Below the pieces are notes generated by a model. The model had not been told where the DNA came from. It ran no database searches and was given only the letters and a program-made list of their open reading frames with translations. A stretch of 64,000 bases of DNA from an uncultured delta proteobacterium (GTDB lineage: Bacteria; Desulfobacterota; Syntrophorhabdia; Syntrophorhabdales; WCHB1-27): the NCBI GenBank assembly GCA_963810935.1, contig CAWEPK010000012.1, forward strand, positions 352,001-416,000, read 5' to 3'. This document shows positions 37,770-47,713 of this stretch, in pieces (position 1 is the stretch's first letter; every line of letters begins with the position of its first letter). Position numbers and translations under genes: made by a program.

Positions 37770-37969
37770 CTATCGGGTTCTCTCACGACGGTCGTATCGA
37801 TCCCTTTGAGAAAGCCTTTCATCTCCAAGATGGCCCTTAGGGGGATCATCTCGATTCTGTTACCGTAGACAACCATCTGGACCTTCTGGCCTGGCGACAG
37901 CTTTAGGATGTCCCGAAGCTTCTTGGGAATAACAACCTGAAATTTAGGGGAAATCTTAACTGCTTCCAT
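37766..37969 (-). CDS. AbrB/MazE-type antitoxin
   Basis: VKISPKFQVVIPKKLR swapped-hairpin motif; overlaps the PIN start. Confidence 0.88.
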   Translation of the reverse strand: MEAVKISPKFQVVIPKKLRDILKLSPGQKVQMVVYGNRIEMIPLRAILEMKGFLKGIDTTVVREPDR

Positions 37970-38055
37970 ACGCAATCTCCATCGATCGACGTTTCGTAAT
38001 ATTATAGCCAATAATGTACGGCAAAACAAACCACGTGCGGCCGGGCGAGATAGGT

Positions 38056-38179
38056 GGCCGGGTCAATTTCGGACCATATGCCTGTCTCTCCGGGCCGCAT
38101 GTCCTCACGTACCCAACTACATACGCTCCGGCCGGCGGCCCTTCGATCAGGGACCAATCCATCGAAATTTCCTCCGGCC
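38056..38179 (-). repeat. Structured repeat family 1, copy B
   Basis: GCCTGTCTCTCCGGGCCGCATGTCCTCACGTAC..TACGCTCCGG; outer stem GGCCGG..AATTTCG / CGAAATT..CCGGCC. Confidence 0.85.
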
Positions 38180-38214
38180 GGGAAAAATCGGTCGGCATCA
38201 AGAACCAGTTGGTC

Positions 38215-39032
38215 CTACGTTACAGCATTCACCAGCTTAACTGGGCCAGAGGGAAGAGATATATCCGGTATCTTGGGCAGTGACAGATCGCTATCTAAGA
38301 ACCTGGCACGACTAACTGTTCCCAGTCCAACCGCCCAGAGCCAATAATCAATACCGAACTGTGTCGGCGCGACGCAGAAGCCATACTCTGATACTTCACA
38401 CCAGCCCATCTGTTTGTTCAGAGTATTGACATGCGCCGGTTGTCCCCAATGTGCATTATCGATCAGATCGTGTCTCACAAGACCCGTGGTACATTGCATA
38501 ATAATATCGGAAACTGGTTCGTCGTCTGTAAAATCCATAGCAACAGTCAGGAATGACCCTGGCAGAAAGACCCACATCTTCTGTAGATCTTCTCCGAACG
38601 TAGGCCGTAGTCCTGAACCAGTAAACATTGTCCTCCATGTGGTGTACGAGATGTAGTGGAATCTTATCTGATAAGTGGAGAGCTCCGAAGTCAACTTCAA
38701 GTATGAAGCTGCCCGATCATCTCTGCTGATGCTACTGCGGGACGATGCGAGTACCCCACCAAAATATTCAGCGGTTAGTTCATCGTCACAATAGGACCCT
38801 CATCCAGAATCTCTTTCAATACCCGCGGTGGAACGGCCCCAGGCTCGTCTATTCTGCTTCCAAGTTTTTCGGCGGCCTTCTCAAAAATTCGGCTGGCGTT
38901 AGTGACTCTTTTCTCAGCCCAATTCTTAAGCCCAGTACCCACGTAGTCAGCCGTGGGACCGAGCAATTTTTCTACGAGCTTTGCTCCACCCACAGCAGAG
39001 CCAAGAATAGTTAATCCTGTAGCTGGGTCCAT
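38215..39032 (-). CDS. Abi-alpha/DUF4393-like protein, frameshift near 38795
   Basis: ORFs 38775-39032 and 38215-38700 join via EILDEG/SYCDDELTAEYFGGVLASSRS; VPPRVLKEIL pattern; low GC. Confidence 0.6.
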
Positions 39033-39171
39033 GACGTCTCCTTTCTCGCGCACAAACATCTTTATTGAATTGTTGCGCCTTTCCGATTTTAAGATCAGGC
39101 AACATGCTTCGTCAAGAAATAATTGGGTACAAAGGGAGTCTCAGAGATAACGATAGTGGGGCTTAGGCATA

Positions 39172-39300
39172 GGGGGCCGGGAGGTTTTCGCGGATTTCGT
39201 GTTGTTTTTCGACGGCGCGCGGCGGAGCGTACGTGGTTGGGTACGTGAGCACGCCGCGCCTAAAAAACGGCGCGTAAGCCGCGAAAAGATCCCGGCCTCC
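39172..39300 (+). repeat. Structured repeat family 1, copy E
   Basis: CGGAGCGTAC-8nt-GTACGTGAGCAC core; outer GGCCGGGA / TCCCGGCC. Confidence 0.8.
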
Positions 39301-39304
39301 TCCC

Positions 39305-40681
39305 CTACCCTCTTCCGCCTACTATTATTTCCGGCATTCTGATGGTCGGCTGGGCGTCGGCTACGGGCACGCCCTGGCCGTCTTTGCCGCATGTCCCTAT
39401 CCCGAACCCCAGGTCGTTCCCCACCATGTCGATCTCTTTCAGCACTTTGGGGCCGTTGCCCATCATCGTGGCGTTGCGCACCATAGGCCCTACCTCGCCG
39501 TTCTCGATCAGGTACCCTTCCTGTATCTCGAAGACGAAATCGCCCCGGACCGTATCGACCTGCCCGCCCCCCATCTTCTTGACTAGCAGCCCCTTGTCAA
39601 CCGACTTGATGATGGCGGCCGGGTCGGTCTCGCCCGGCAGGATAAGCGTGTTGCTCATGCGGGGGATGGGCTTGTACCGGTAGGATTCCCGCCTGCCGTT
39701 CGCGGTCGACGCCGTCTCGTACTTCATGGCGTGGAACTTGTCGAACAGGTAATTCTTCAGGATGCCTTTTTCGACGAGCACGGTCCTCTGCGACTGCGTC
39801 CCCTCGTCGTCGTAGGCATATGTGCCGCGCCTGAAAGGCAGGGTCTTGTCGTCCACCACGCCGACGAGCGGCCCGGCTATCGCCTCGCCCAGCATCCCCT
39901 TGTAGCAGGAGAGGCCCTCCATTGCGAGGTCCGCCTCCAGCCCGTGGCCTATCGCCTCATGTATCATGGTGCCGCCGGCCTCCGACGCAAGGACGACGGT
40001 CCGCGTCCCCATGGGCGCCTCCTGCGCGTCGAGAAGCCCGGAAAGGCGCTCCACCGTACTTTTTACGAACGCCTCCACGCGCTCGTCGGAGAAAAGCTCG
40101 AAGCCGCAGAAGCCCCCGATTGCCTCGTAGGCGGTCTGCATCTCGCCGGACTCCTCGCCGACAATGAGGAGCGTCAGCACGATCTGCGTCCTGTCGTCAT
40201 CGACGCGCATCCCGTCGCTCCCGGCGATCCTGACGCGCTGCCTCGCGTCGCGGTACATCACCTTTACCTGCCTGATCCTTTTCTCCATCTTGCGCGCTGC
40301 CGCCTCTGCCGAGCGGACGAGGTCGATTTTCAGGCGCATATCGACATCATTCGGCGGCGCCGTTATCACGAACGGGTAGCGGGGGCCTTTGCGCTCGGAG
40401 GCGGCAAGACCGCCCGACGACCCTCGCGCGCCCTTCGCAAGCTCATGGCTAAGCTGGAGCAGGTGGCCCTCTTCGCGCGAGTTGGTGGATGCAAAAAAGG
40501 TCTGCCAGGGGACGATGACGCGCAGGCCGACGCCGGAATCGACGCCTTTTTCGAGCTTCTCTATCTTTTCCGACTCGACCTGAATGAGCGTCGATGCGGT
40601 CTCTTCCTCGAACGTCTCCCCGTAGAGCGCGCCGCCGGCCGTCAACGCCGCAAGCACCTTCGTCTCGTCGAACATCTTCAC
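39305..40681 (-). CDS. tldD: TldD metalloprotease
   Basis: HEAIGHGLEAD, DDEG, PIPRMSNT, GTCGKDGQGVPV. Confidence 0.93.
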   Translation of the reverse strand: MKMFDETKVLAALTAGGALYGETFEEETASTLIQVESEKIEKLEKGVDSGVGLRVIVPWQTFFASTNSREEGHLLQLSHELAKGARGSSGGLAASERKGPRYPFVITAPPNDVDMRLKIDLVRSAEAAARKMEKRIRQVKVMYRDARQRVRIAGSDGMRVDDDRTQIVLTLLIVGEESGEMQTAYEAIGGFCGFELFSDERVEAFVKSTVERLSGLLDAQEAPMGTRTVVLASEAGGTMIHEAIGHGLEADLAMEGLSCYKGMLGEAIAGPLVGVVDDKTLPFRRGTYAYDDEGTQSQRTVLVEKGILKNYLFDKFHAMKYETASTANGRRESYRYKPIPRMSNTLILPGETDPAAIIKSVDKGLLVKKMGGGQVDTVRGDFVFEIQEGYLIENGEVGPMVRNATMMGNGPKVLKEIDMVGNDLGFGIGTCGKDGQGVPVADAQPTIRMPEIIVGGRG

Positions 40682-40887
40682 GCCTCCCTGAATATGACGC
40701 CGTTTTTCTCCATATCGGCTATGATGGAAGAAACCGTCTCATGCGCCGCCTCCGGGTAGATAAGCTCGATAACGCCGGTCTTCCCGTCGAGCACCGAAAG
40801 GAGCGACACCTCTTCATACGAGTCGAGGACGGCCTTGAAAAAACCGATCTCTTCCCTGTTCATTATAAGCCTTCTAATCCTCTCCAT
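40678..40887 (-). CDS. DUF4911-like small protein
   Basis: REEIGFFKAVLDSYEE; overlaps both neighbours. Confidence 0.7.
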   Translation of the reverse strand: MERIRRLIMNREEIGFFKAVLDSYEEVSLLSVLDGKTGVIELIYPEAAHETVSSIIADMEKNGVIFREA

Positions 40888-41869
40888 CCACCTGCCCTTT
40901 GAGCATCTCGGAGAACGCATCCAGGCGCGTCTTGGTCCTTGTGTCGATGGGCTGCGGGGCGTCCCCCTCTATGGTGAGGACGGGCACGCCGAGGGCGTCC
41001 CTCAGTATGATGTCCTCGACCATGCGGTAGCAGAACGCCTGTACGTAATGGACCACGCCCGCCAGCCTGCGCCGGGCGATCTCTTCCTTTATGTCCGCGA
41101 TGCGGGCGAAAATGCCGTAAGGATAGGTGTATCGGAGGTAGCGGTCCGTGATGTCGCCTTCGAAATAAGGCAGGGCGAACTGGCGTTGCACCTCGTTATA
41201 GGCGATGCGGCAGCCGCGCGACTCCAGATATGCGTGCAGGTCCGGGTTTATGGGCGGCACGCCGATGTACCCGACGGGGATGCCGCCGTAAGGGCGCCTT
41301 TTCCTTGCTTCCGCGATGAAGGCGCGCGCCCTTGCCCCGTATGCCTCGTAGTCGCCCTCCATGTCGGACGCGCAAAGCTGCCACAGGTGGTTCTCGAAGC
41401 CTGTGACGAGCCTGTCCTCCCAGGTCATGCGGTCGATCTCCGCAAGGTCTTTCCGCACTTCCGTAAGGCGCCCGCCCGCCTCCGCGACGGCTCTTTCATC
41501 AACGGCGAAGGCGTCGGCGAGCCTGCCTATCTCAGCCGAAAGGCTTTCCCTGCGCCTGTCATACGGGAACGAGAACGGGACGATCCGGACCCCCTTGTAT
41601 GCAAGCACCTCGGCGAGCGCCCTCGTATTGCTGCAATCGCCTTCGAGGACGGTGATTACCGTGTCGATCTTCGACTCGACCACCACCCCGTAGATGCCCT
41701 TTATCCAACTGCACATGTTCCTCGGGAAGCCCTCCCTTTCAGCGAGGGCCACGTAATGCTGCGGGTCCGGGTGGGTGACGAAGACGTTGTTAAGGTCGCA
41801 CGGCCGCAAGCCGGATGCGAATATCACCTCTACGGGGATGGTCGTGGTAAATCCGACGACGCCGCTCAA
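40874..41869 (-). CDS. 2-hydroxyacyl-CoA dehydratase (HgdB/FldC-like) subunit
   Basis: GFTTTIPVE, GFPRNMCSWIKG, GDCSNT, HYVQAFC, TIEGD..TRLDAF. Confidence 0.85.
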   Translation of the reverse strand: MSGVVGFTTTIPVEVIFASGLRPCDLNNVFVTHPDPQHYVALAEREGFPRNMCSWIKGIYGVVVESKIDTVITVLEGDCSNTRALAEVLAYKGVRIVPFSFPYDRRRESLSAEIGRLADAFAVDERAVAEAGGRLTEVRKDLAEIDRMTWEDRLVTGFENHLWQLCASDMEGDYEAYGARARAFIAEARKRRPYGGIPVGYIGVPPINPDLHAYLESRGCRIAYNEVQRQFALPYFEGDITDRYLRYTYPYGIFARIADIKEEIARRRLAGVVHYVQAFCYRMVEDIILRDALGVPVLTIEGDAPQPIDTRTKTRLDAFSEMLKGQVDGED

Positions 41870-42645
41870 GCCGCCCGCCTTCCGGAAAGGAACCGGTACA
41901 TATCGGCAAAGCCCTCCGGCTCTATCTCCTCCGCCCGAACAGAGGCGGAAAACCCCATGTGGCTGTAAAGGGCGTCGAGCTCGTCCGGCGCGTACTTCCC
42001 CTCAAGACAGTGGCGCAGGTACTTCCTTTTGTAGCGGAAAGCGCTTTTCACGAAATCGATAAGCCCCCGGTCGGCCTGCTCCGTGTCCTTGAATACGATG
42101 GAGATAAAGGCGCTCTCCACTTTCGGAGGGGGGATAAAAAGGCCGGGCTTGATGAAAAAGAGGACCTTCGCCGCTGCATATAGCCTGAATATGACCGAAA
42201 TCGCGCCGTAAGCGCGGCTGTGGCTCGGGCTCACTATCCTCTGGGCCACTTCCTTTTGCATCGTCAGGTAAGCACCCGATACGTGCGCCTTTTCGTCGAG
42301 CAACTTGAAGAGGATCTCCCCTGTGAGGTAATAGGGTATGTTGCCCATCACGGTCACTTTTACCCCGTCCGAAAGCGCGGGCAGCCCGACCTGCATGATG
42401 TCCGAAAAGACGACCCGCAGGTTGGGAAGCTCCCGGCCGAGCGAAACGAGCACCTCTTCAAAGCTCCGGTCGATCTCAACCGCGCAGACATGCTGCGCCC
42501 TGGCCGCGATGCAGCGCGTCAGGTCGCCCTGGCCCGGCCCGATCTCGATGACCGTATCGTCACTCCCTACGCCTGCCAGCCTGACCATCTTGTCGAGAAG
42601 GTTTTTGTCCTTAAGAAGGTGCTGGCCAAGACTTTTCTTCAGCAC
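41866..42645 (-). CDS. rsmA: 16S rRNA dimethyladenosine transferase RsmA/KsgA
   Basis: KKSLGQHLL, EIGPGQG, NIPYY, QKEVA, PPPKVES. Confidence 0.95.
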   Translation of the reverse strand: MLKKSLGQHLLKDKNLLDKMVRLAGVGSDDTVIEIGPGQGDLTRCIAARAQHVCAVEIDRSFEEVLVSLGRELPNLRVVFSDIMQVGLPALSDGVKVTVMGNIPYYLTGEILFKLLDEKAHVSGAYLTMQKEVAQRIVSPSHSRAYGAISVIFRLYAAAKVLFFIKPGLFIPPPKVESAFISIVFKDTEQADRGLIDFVKSAFRYKRKYLRHCLEGKYAPDELDALYSHMGFSASVRAEEIEPEGFADMYRFLSGRRAA

Positions 42646-43643
42646 GCGGCCACCTTCAGCGCCATGCGCGAGTAAGCCTTTGCGTCCGGCCCCGAAAAAA
42701 GGCCTTTCCGGGCATAGAAACAGGCGGTGACGGCCACCATCGCCCCGTTGTCGGCGCAGAGGGCGGGTGAAGGGAAGAAAACGGAAACGTCATGTCCCTC
42801 GCACCCTTTTTTCAGCATCTCCCTCAGCCGGCCGTTAGCCGCAACCCCGCCGCCCACGACTATCCTTTTAACGCCGAGGTCCCGTGCTGCCCTCACCGTT
42901 TTCGAAACGAGCACGTCGAAGGCCGCCTCCTGAAAGGACGCCAGGATGTCATTGCGGTTTTCGTCCGTCACTCCGTTCTTCTTGACGTAATTGATAAACG
43001 CCGTCTTCAAGCCGCTGTACGAGAAATCGTAGTTGCGCTCGTCGGCCATCGGCCTCGGGAAGGCGACTGCGTCGGGCCTGCCGCCCCGTGCGAGCCCCTC
43101 GACGATGCTCCCGCCCGGATAACCGAGGGAGAGGTATTTTGCCACCTTGTCGAACGCCTCGCCCGCTGCGTCGTCCCGCGTGGTCCCGATCAGGCGGAAG
43201 CTGCACGGCTCCTCGAAATAAAGGATAACCGTATGGCCGCCGGAGACGATGAGCGCAATAAAGGGGAACTCGACCTCCGTCTCGCTGAAGATGCTCATGG
43301 CGTGCGCCTCGACGTGGTTGACGCCGACCATCGGCTTCCCCGTCGCAAGCTCGAGCCCCTTGACGAAGCAGAGGCCCGCGAGCACCGAGCCGATCAGGCC
43401 CGGCCCCTGCGTAACTGCCAGGACATCGATATCCCCAAGGGCGACGCCCGCCTCGCTGAGGGCCTGCCCGTAAATGGCGTCGATAAGCTCAACGTGCTTC
43501 CTGGACGCTATCTCCGGCACCACCCCGCCGAAAAGCCTGTGCACAGACACCTGGCTCGACACGACATTAGACAGGATCCGCGTCCCATCCGCAACCGCAA
43601 CGGACGTATCGTCACAAGAAGTATCTATTCCAAGGATTATCAT
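42639..43643 (-). CDS. tsaD: t6A synthesis protein TsaD
   Basis: LGIDTSCDDT, GGVVPEIASRKH, NHVEAH, SGGHT, DDAAGEAFDK. Confidence 0.96.
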   Translation of the reverse strand: MIILGIDTSCDDTSVAVADGTRILSNVVSSQVSVHRLFGGVVPEIASRKHVELIDAIYGQALSEAGVALGDIDVLAVTQGPGLIGSVLAGLCFVKGLELATGKPMVGVNHVEAHAMSIFSETEVEFPFIALIVSGGHTVILYFEEPCSFRLIGTTRDDAAGEAFDKVAKYLSLGYPGGSIVEGLARGGRPDAVAFPRPMADERNYDFSYSGLKTAFINYVKKNGVTDENRNDILASFQEAAFDVLVSKTVRAARDLGVKRIVVGGGVAANGRLREMLKKGCEGHDVSVFFPSPALCADNGAMVAVTACFYARKGLFSGPDAKAYSRMALKVAAC

Positions 43644-43683
43644 ACAGTGAAGGAAAGGGCGGCGCATACGCGCCGCCCTTATT

Positions 43684-45069
43684 CTAGATTTCGTTCCAGT
43701 CGATCTTAACTTTGGTCGATTTTTTGAGTCCCTTCTCTGAACGACGACAGGAACGCCTCTTTCGCCATTGCCTCGTGGATACGCAGGTACGTCGCCTTGT
43801 CCTTGTCCCACTGGGCGCTGTCCGGCTGCTTCTCGTCGGTGCACTTGAAGACGTAGTACTTGCCGCCTATGGAGACGGGTTTTCCATAGATGCCGCCTTT
43901 CGACAGGGCCAGCACGCCGGCGTCTTCCCTCGGTATCTGGCCGATCCCCTGGACCATCATCACGTTCCTGGCCATAAGGGGCGTGTCTTTGCCGAATTTG
44001 GCGTCCTTCGCCTTGATGGCGTCCTCGGCCTTCACCCGCGCCGCGACCTTTGCCTTCTCTGCCGCCAGGCTCGCCCTGATTTCCTTCAGCGCATCGGCCT
44101 TGTCGAGCGGTTTGCCGTCCTGCCGGTCCACGATCTGGAAGATGAAAGACCTGTCGCCGCTCCTTACGGGCAGCGAGATCTCGCCCTTCCCCAACCCCTT
44201 CAGCCAGTCCTTGACCTTGAGGTTGGCGAACTTGGCCATCAGGTCGCTCTCCTTAGCGTGCCAAGGTCTGTGACCTCCAGGCCCTTCGACTTGCCGTAGG
44301 CGAGCATGTCCTTCGTCTTCAGCATCTCCATATACGCCTGGTCGTCTTTGACCCCGCTCTTGTCGGTGATGAGCATGTAACGGAGGTGGTACGTGTTCTC
44401 CGAGCGGTGCGCGTCTTTCTCCCTGTCGTAAATGGCGGAAAGCTGCTTCTCGTCGATGTCCACCTTGTCCTTATAGCTGTCCGGGTCGAAGACCGCGGCT
44501 GCGAGCTTGATCTGGCCCTTCTCCCGCAGGTACGCGTCACGGGCGGCGTTATCGTCCTGGCGGACGCCGTTGTCGCCGATGATCCTCATCACCCTGTCTA
44601 TGGTCATTGCCTGCCTCTCGCTGTCCTCGAACGTCTTCGGGTCGAGGTTGTTCCTTTTGAGGAAGTACATGTACGCTTCCTCGTTGAACACGCCGTTCTT
44701 CTTGAACGGCTCGATCCCGGCGAGATAGGCCTGGAACTCCTTGTCGGATACCCGGACGCCCATGTCTTCCGCCTTAGTCAGCATCAGGTACTTGTCCACG
44801 AGCTGGCCCATCGTCGCTTCCTTGAGCTTGAGCTGGCCCTTCGTCTCGTCGTCGAACTTGTCCCTGTACAGGTTTCTGTAGAAGTTCTCCAGCCTGGTGT
44901 ACGCCTGATAGTACTCGGCGGCCGTTATCTTATACGGTCCCACCTGTGCTATCGTCTTGTCCGGGCCGCCTTTATTGAACCCGAATGTGAACACAAAGAC
45001 GACTATGATGATGGCGCAGATAATCCCGAGCAGCCACCTGCTTGCGTGTTTTCGCATAAACCTTAACAT
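43684..45069 (-). CDS. PpiD/SurA N-terminal domain chaperone, two 1-nt frameshifts (about 44250 and 43730)
   Basis: MLRFMRK..TM, IAQVG, EPFKKNGVFN; rejoining gives GTLRESDLMAKF and REGLKKSTKVKIDWNEI*; AGGAG RBS. Confidence 0.8.
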
Positions 45070-45080
45070 CGCTTCTCCTT

Positions 45081-45152
45081 TATTGGGGCTACGTCGCCCC
45101 CTCCACGAACAAAGTCCGTGGAGCCTCCCCCTCATAAAAAGGAAGAGGCATG
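45081..45152 (-). repeat. Repeat family 2 full unit immediately upstream of the ppiD-like gene
   Basis: TTATTGGGGCTACGTCGCCCCCTCCACG..CGTGGAGCCTCCCCCTCATAAAAAGGAAGAGGCAT. Confidence 0.85.
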
Positions 45153-45287
45153 CAGTTATCGGGGCCGCCCTGCCGCTTAGCCAAAACGGGCCGGTCCCCT
45201 TATCAAACAAAGGCGGGTATTGCCCGGCCTTCCCCCGGCCGGCTCCCTTTTAGTCTGTACTGCGCTTTTTTCGATGCTTTCCCTTGC

Positions 45288-45316
45288 TTGATTTTGATAC
45301 TTTAAAATAGTATATT
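45288..45316 (+). promoter_or_regulatory. Putative sigma70 promoter of the mre operon
   Basis: TTGATT-17nt-TATATT upstream of mreB. Confidence 0.5.
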
Positions 45317-45362
45317 AGCACTTGCTTTTCAATACCTTAAATTACCGGGGAGCAGCAGGATA

Positions 45363-46403
45363 ATGTTTGACGCTTTATTCGGATTCATATCGAAGGACCT
45401 GGCAATAGACCTGGGGACGGCAAATACCCTCGTATACCTGAAGGGCAAGGGCATCGTCACCAACGAGCCCTCCGTAGTGGCCGTCCATCAGGACCAGAGG
45501 GGGGCCAAAAGGGTCATTGCAGTAGGGGAAGAAGCTAAAAGAATGCTCGGCAAGACGCCGGGTAGCATAGTCGCCATCCGGCCGCTGAAAGACGGGGTCA
45601 TCGCCGACTTCGAAGTGACCGAGGCGATGCTCAAGTACTTCATTCAGAAGATACACAACAAGAAGTCTTACGCCCGCCCGCGCATCGTCATATCCATCCC
45701 GTCGGGCATCACCCCCGTCGAGAAAAGGGCAGTCAAGGAGTCGGCCGAGTCCGCAGGCGCCAGGGAGGTCTACCTCATAGAGGAGCCTATGGCGGCCGCA
45801 ATCGGGGTCGGTCTTCCCATAACGGAGCCCTCGGGCAATATGATCGTCGATATAGGCGGCGGCACCACCGAGGTGGCGGTTATCAGCCTGTCAGGCATCG
45901 TTTACTGCAATTCGGTAAGGATAGCGGGCGACAAGATAGACGAGGCCATTATCCAGTACGTAAAGAGGAAGTACAACCTGCTCATTGGGGAGCGCACGGC
46001 GGAGTACGTCAAGATAGCCATCGGGTCCGCCTACCCGCTCCAGAACGAGCAGGAGATAGACCTGGAGATAAAGGGGCGCGACCTCGTGGGGGGCATACCC
46101 AAAACGCTCGAAATCTCCTCCAAGGACATACGGGAAGCCATCGCCGAGCCGGTCAACGCGATAGTCGATTCAGTGCGGCTCGCCCTCGAAAGGACGCCTC
46201 CGGAGCTGGCGGCCGACATCGTGGAAAAAGGCATCGTCCTCTCGGGTGGCGGCGCCATGCTGAAGAACCTCGACCTCATCATCAAAGAGGTGACGAGGCT
46301 GCCCGTCATAGTTGCGGAAAACCCGCTTACGGCAGTCGTCGAGGGCGCAGGCAGGGTCCTGGACGAGATGAACCTTCTAAGAGAAATAGCAGCGAAGTTC
46401 TAA
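45363..46403 (+). CDS. mreB: Rod shape protein MreB
   Basis: [29 protein letters not shown]. Confidence 0.98.
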   Translation: MFDALFGFISKDLAIDLGTANTLVYLKGKGIVTNEPSVVAVHQDQRGAKRVIAVGEEAKRMLGKTPGSIVAIRPLKDGVIADFEVTEAMLKYFIQKIHNKKSYARPRIVISIPSGITPVEKRAVKESAESAGAREVYLIEEPMAAAIGVGLPITEPSGNMIVDIGGGTTEVAVISLSGIVYCNSVRIAGDKIDEAIIQYVKRKYNLLIGERTAEYVKIAIGSAYPLQNEQEIDLEIKGRDLVGGIPKTLEISSKDIREAIAEPVNAIVDSVRLALERTPPELAADIVEKGIVLSGGGAMLKNLDLIIKEVTRLPVIVAENPLTAVVEGAGRVLDEMNLLREIAAKF

Positions 46404-46420
46404 GCAGTTAAAGGCAACCG

Positions 46421-47221
46421 GTGAAAGGCACCTTCGTAATTATAACGGCTGTCTTATTACTCGTTCTCACCTTCCTTCTGTTCACTAACATACCCGTCTT
46501 CAACAGGGGCTACGTCAGGGTAAAATCGAACATGGCGGACGGCATGGGGCCGGTGCTTCAGGCGCTGCGGTTCCCCATGCGCGGCGTGCACGCGGTCATC
46601 GGCGGGTACGTGGACATCATCGGAGTAAAGGGGACGAACCGCGAGCTTGTAAAGACGATAGGCAGGCTGGAGCTGGAGAACCAGAAGATCCCGGAGCTGG
46701 AGAAGGAGAACGAGCGGCTCAGGAAGCTCCTGCATTTGGCCGACCAGCAGCCAGGCAGGCTGATCGCCGCCCGTATCGTCGGCGAGGACGTCATGAACTG
46801 GTTCAAGTGCGTCCTGATAGATAAGGGGCAGGAGGCAGGGATAAAAGAAAGGATGCCGGTCATAACGCCTACCGGCCTCGTGGGACAGGTCATCGAGGTA
46901 AACAAGTGGCACGCAAAGGTAATGGTCGTCAACGACACGAATTCCGCCGTTGACGTCTACATATCGGGCAAGAACACCAGGGGGATAGCCGAAGGCGCGG
47001 GCCACACCACGCTCAAGCTCAAGTACGTGCTGAAGAACGATGACATAGAGCCTGGCGACAAGCTGATAACGTCGGGCAAAGACGCCATATTCCCCAGAGG
47101 CTACCCTGTGGGGATCGTCATCTCCGTAGACAAAAACAAGCCGGGCCTCTTTTCCGACGTCGACGTCATGCCGTTCAACAACTTCCGGAAGCTCGACGAA
47201 GTCATGATAGTGAGCAAATGA
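46421..47221 (+). CDS. mreC: MreC
   Basis: TM plus coiled coil ENERLRKLL, IDKG, GLVG, TSG..FPRG. Confidence 0.93.
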   Translation: MKGTFVIITAVLLLVLTFLLFTNIPVFNRGYVRVKSNMADGMGPVLQALRFPMRGVHAVIGGYVDIIGVKGTNRELVKTIGRLELENQKIPELEKENERLRKLLHLADQQPGRLIAARIVGEDVMNWFKCVLIDKGQEAGIKERMPVITPTGLVGQVIEVNKWHAKVMVVNDTNSAVDVYISGKNTRGIAEGAGHTTLKLKYVLKNDDIEPGDKLITSGKDAIFPRGYPVGIVISVDKNKPGLFSDVDVMPFNNFRKLDEVMIVSK

Positions 47222-47712
47222 TCAGAAAGCTCGCTTTCCTCGTATTCGGCGTCTTCCTTACGCTTTGCGCCTCCGCGGTTTTTTCGTCCCTGCCGCTGGA
47301 GATAGCCAAGCCCGACATGGGCGTACCCTTCATTATATACGGCGTATTCTTCCTCTCTCCGGCCGAAGGTCTGCTTGCCGCCGTCCTGTTCGGCTTCTGC
47401 AAGGAAATCCTTTCCAGCGCACCGGCGGGCTCCGCCCTCTTCGCCGGCGTCGGCGTCGTCCTGTCATGCATCTTTCTGAAAAGCAGGCTCCTCATCGAGT
47501 CGCGCTATACCTTTGCCCTCGTCTGCGCGGCCGCCGTGCTCACGGAATCTTTCATCTTCCTCGCCCTGTCCATGCTCGCCAAGGGCGACACTAAAGACTT
47601 TTACAATGTCCTTATCTTCTCGATCCCCGATGCCATAGAGACCGGCTTCCTGGGGCTTCTCATGTTCGTTCTGTTCGAGCGGGCGAAGATACGCTACATG
47701 AGCAGGGTGTAG
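47218..47712 (+). CDS. mreD: MreD
   Basis: Hydrophobic 164 aa, KPD motif, between mreC and mrdA. Confidence 0.8.
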   Translation: MIRKLAFLVFGVFLTLCASAVFSSLPLEIAKPDMGVPFIIYGVFFLSPAEGLLAAVLFGFCKEILSSAPAGSALFAGVGVVLSCIFLKSRLLIESRYTFALVCAAAVLTESFIFLALSMLAKGDTKDFYNVLIFSIPDAIETGFLGLLMFVLFERAKIRYMSRV

Positions 47713-47713
47713 C

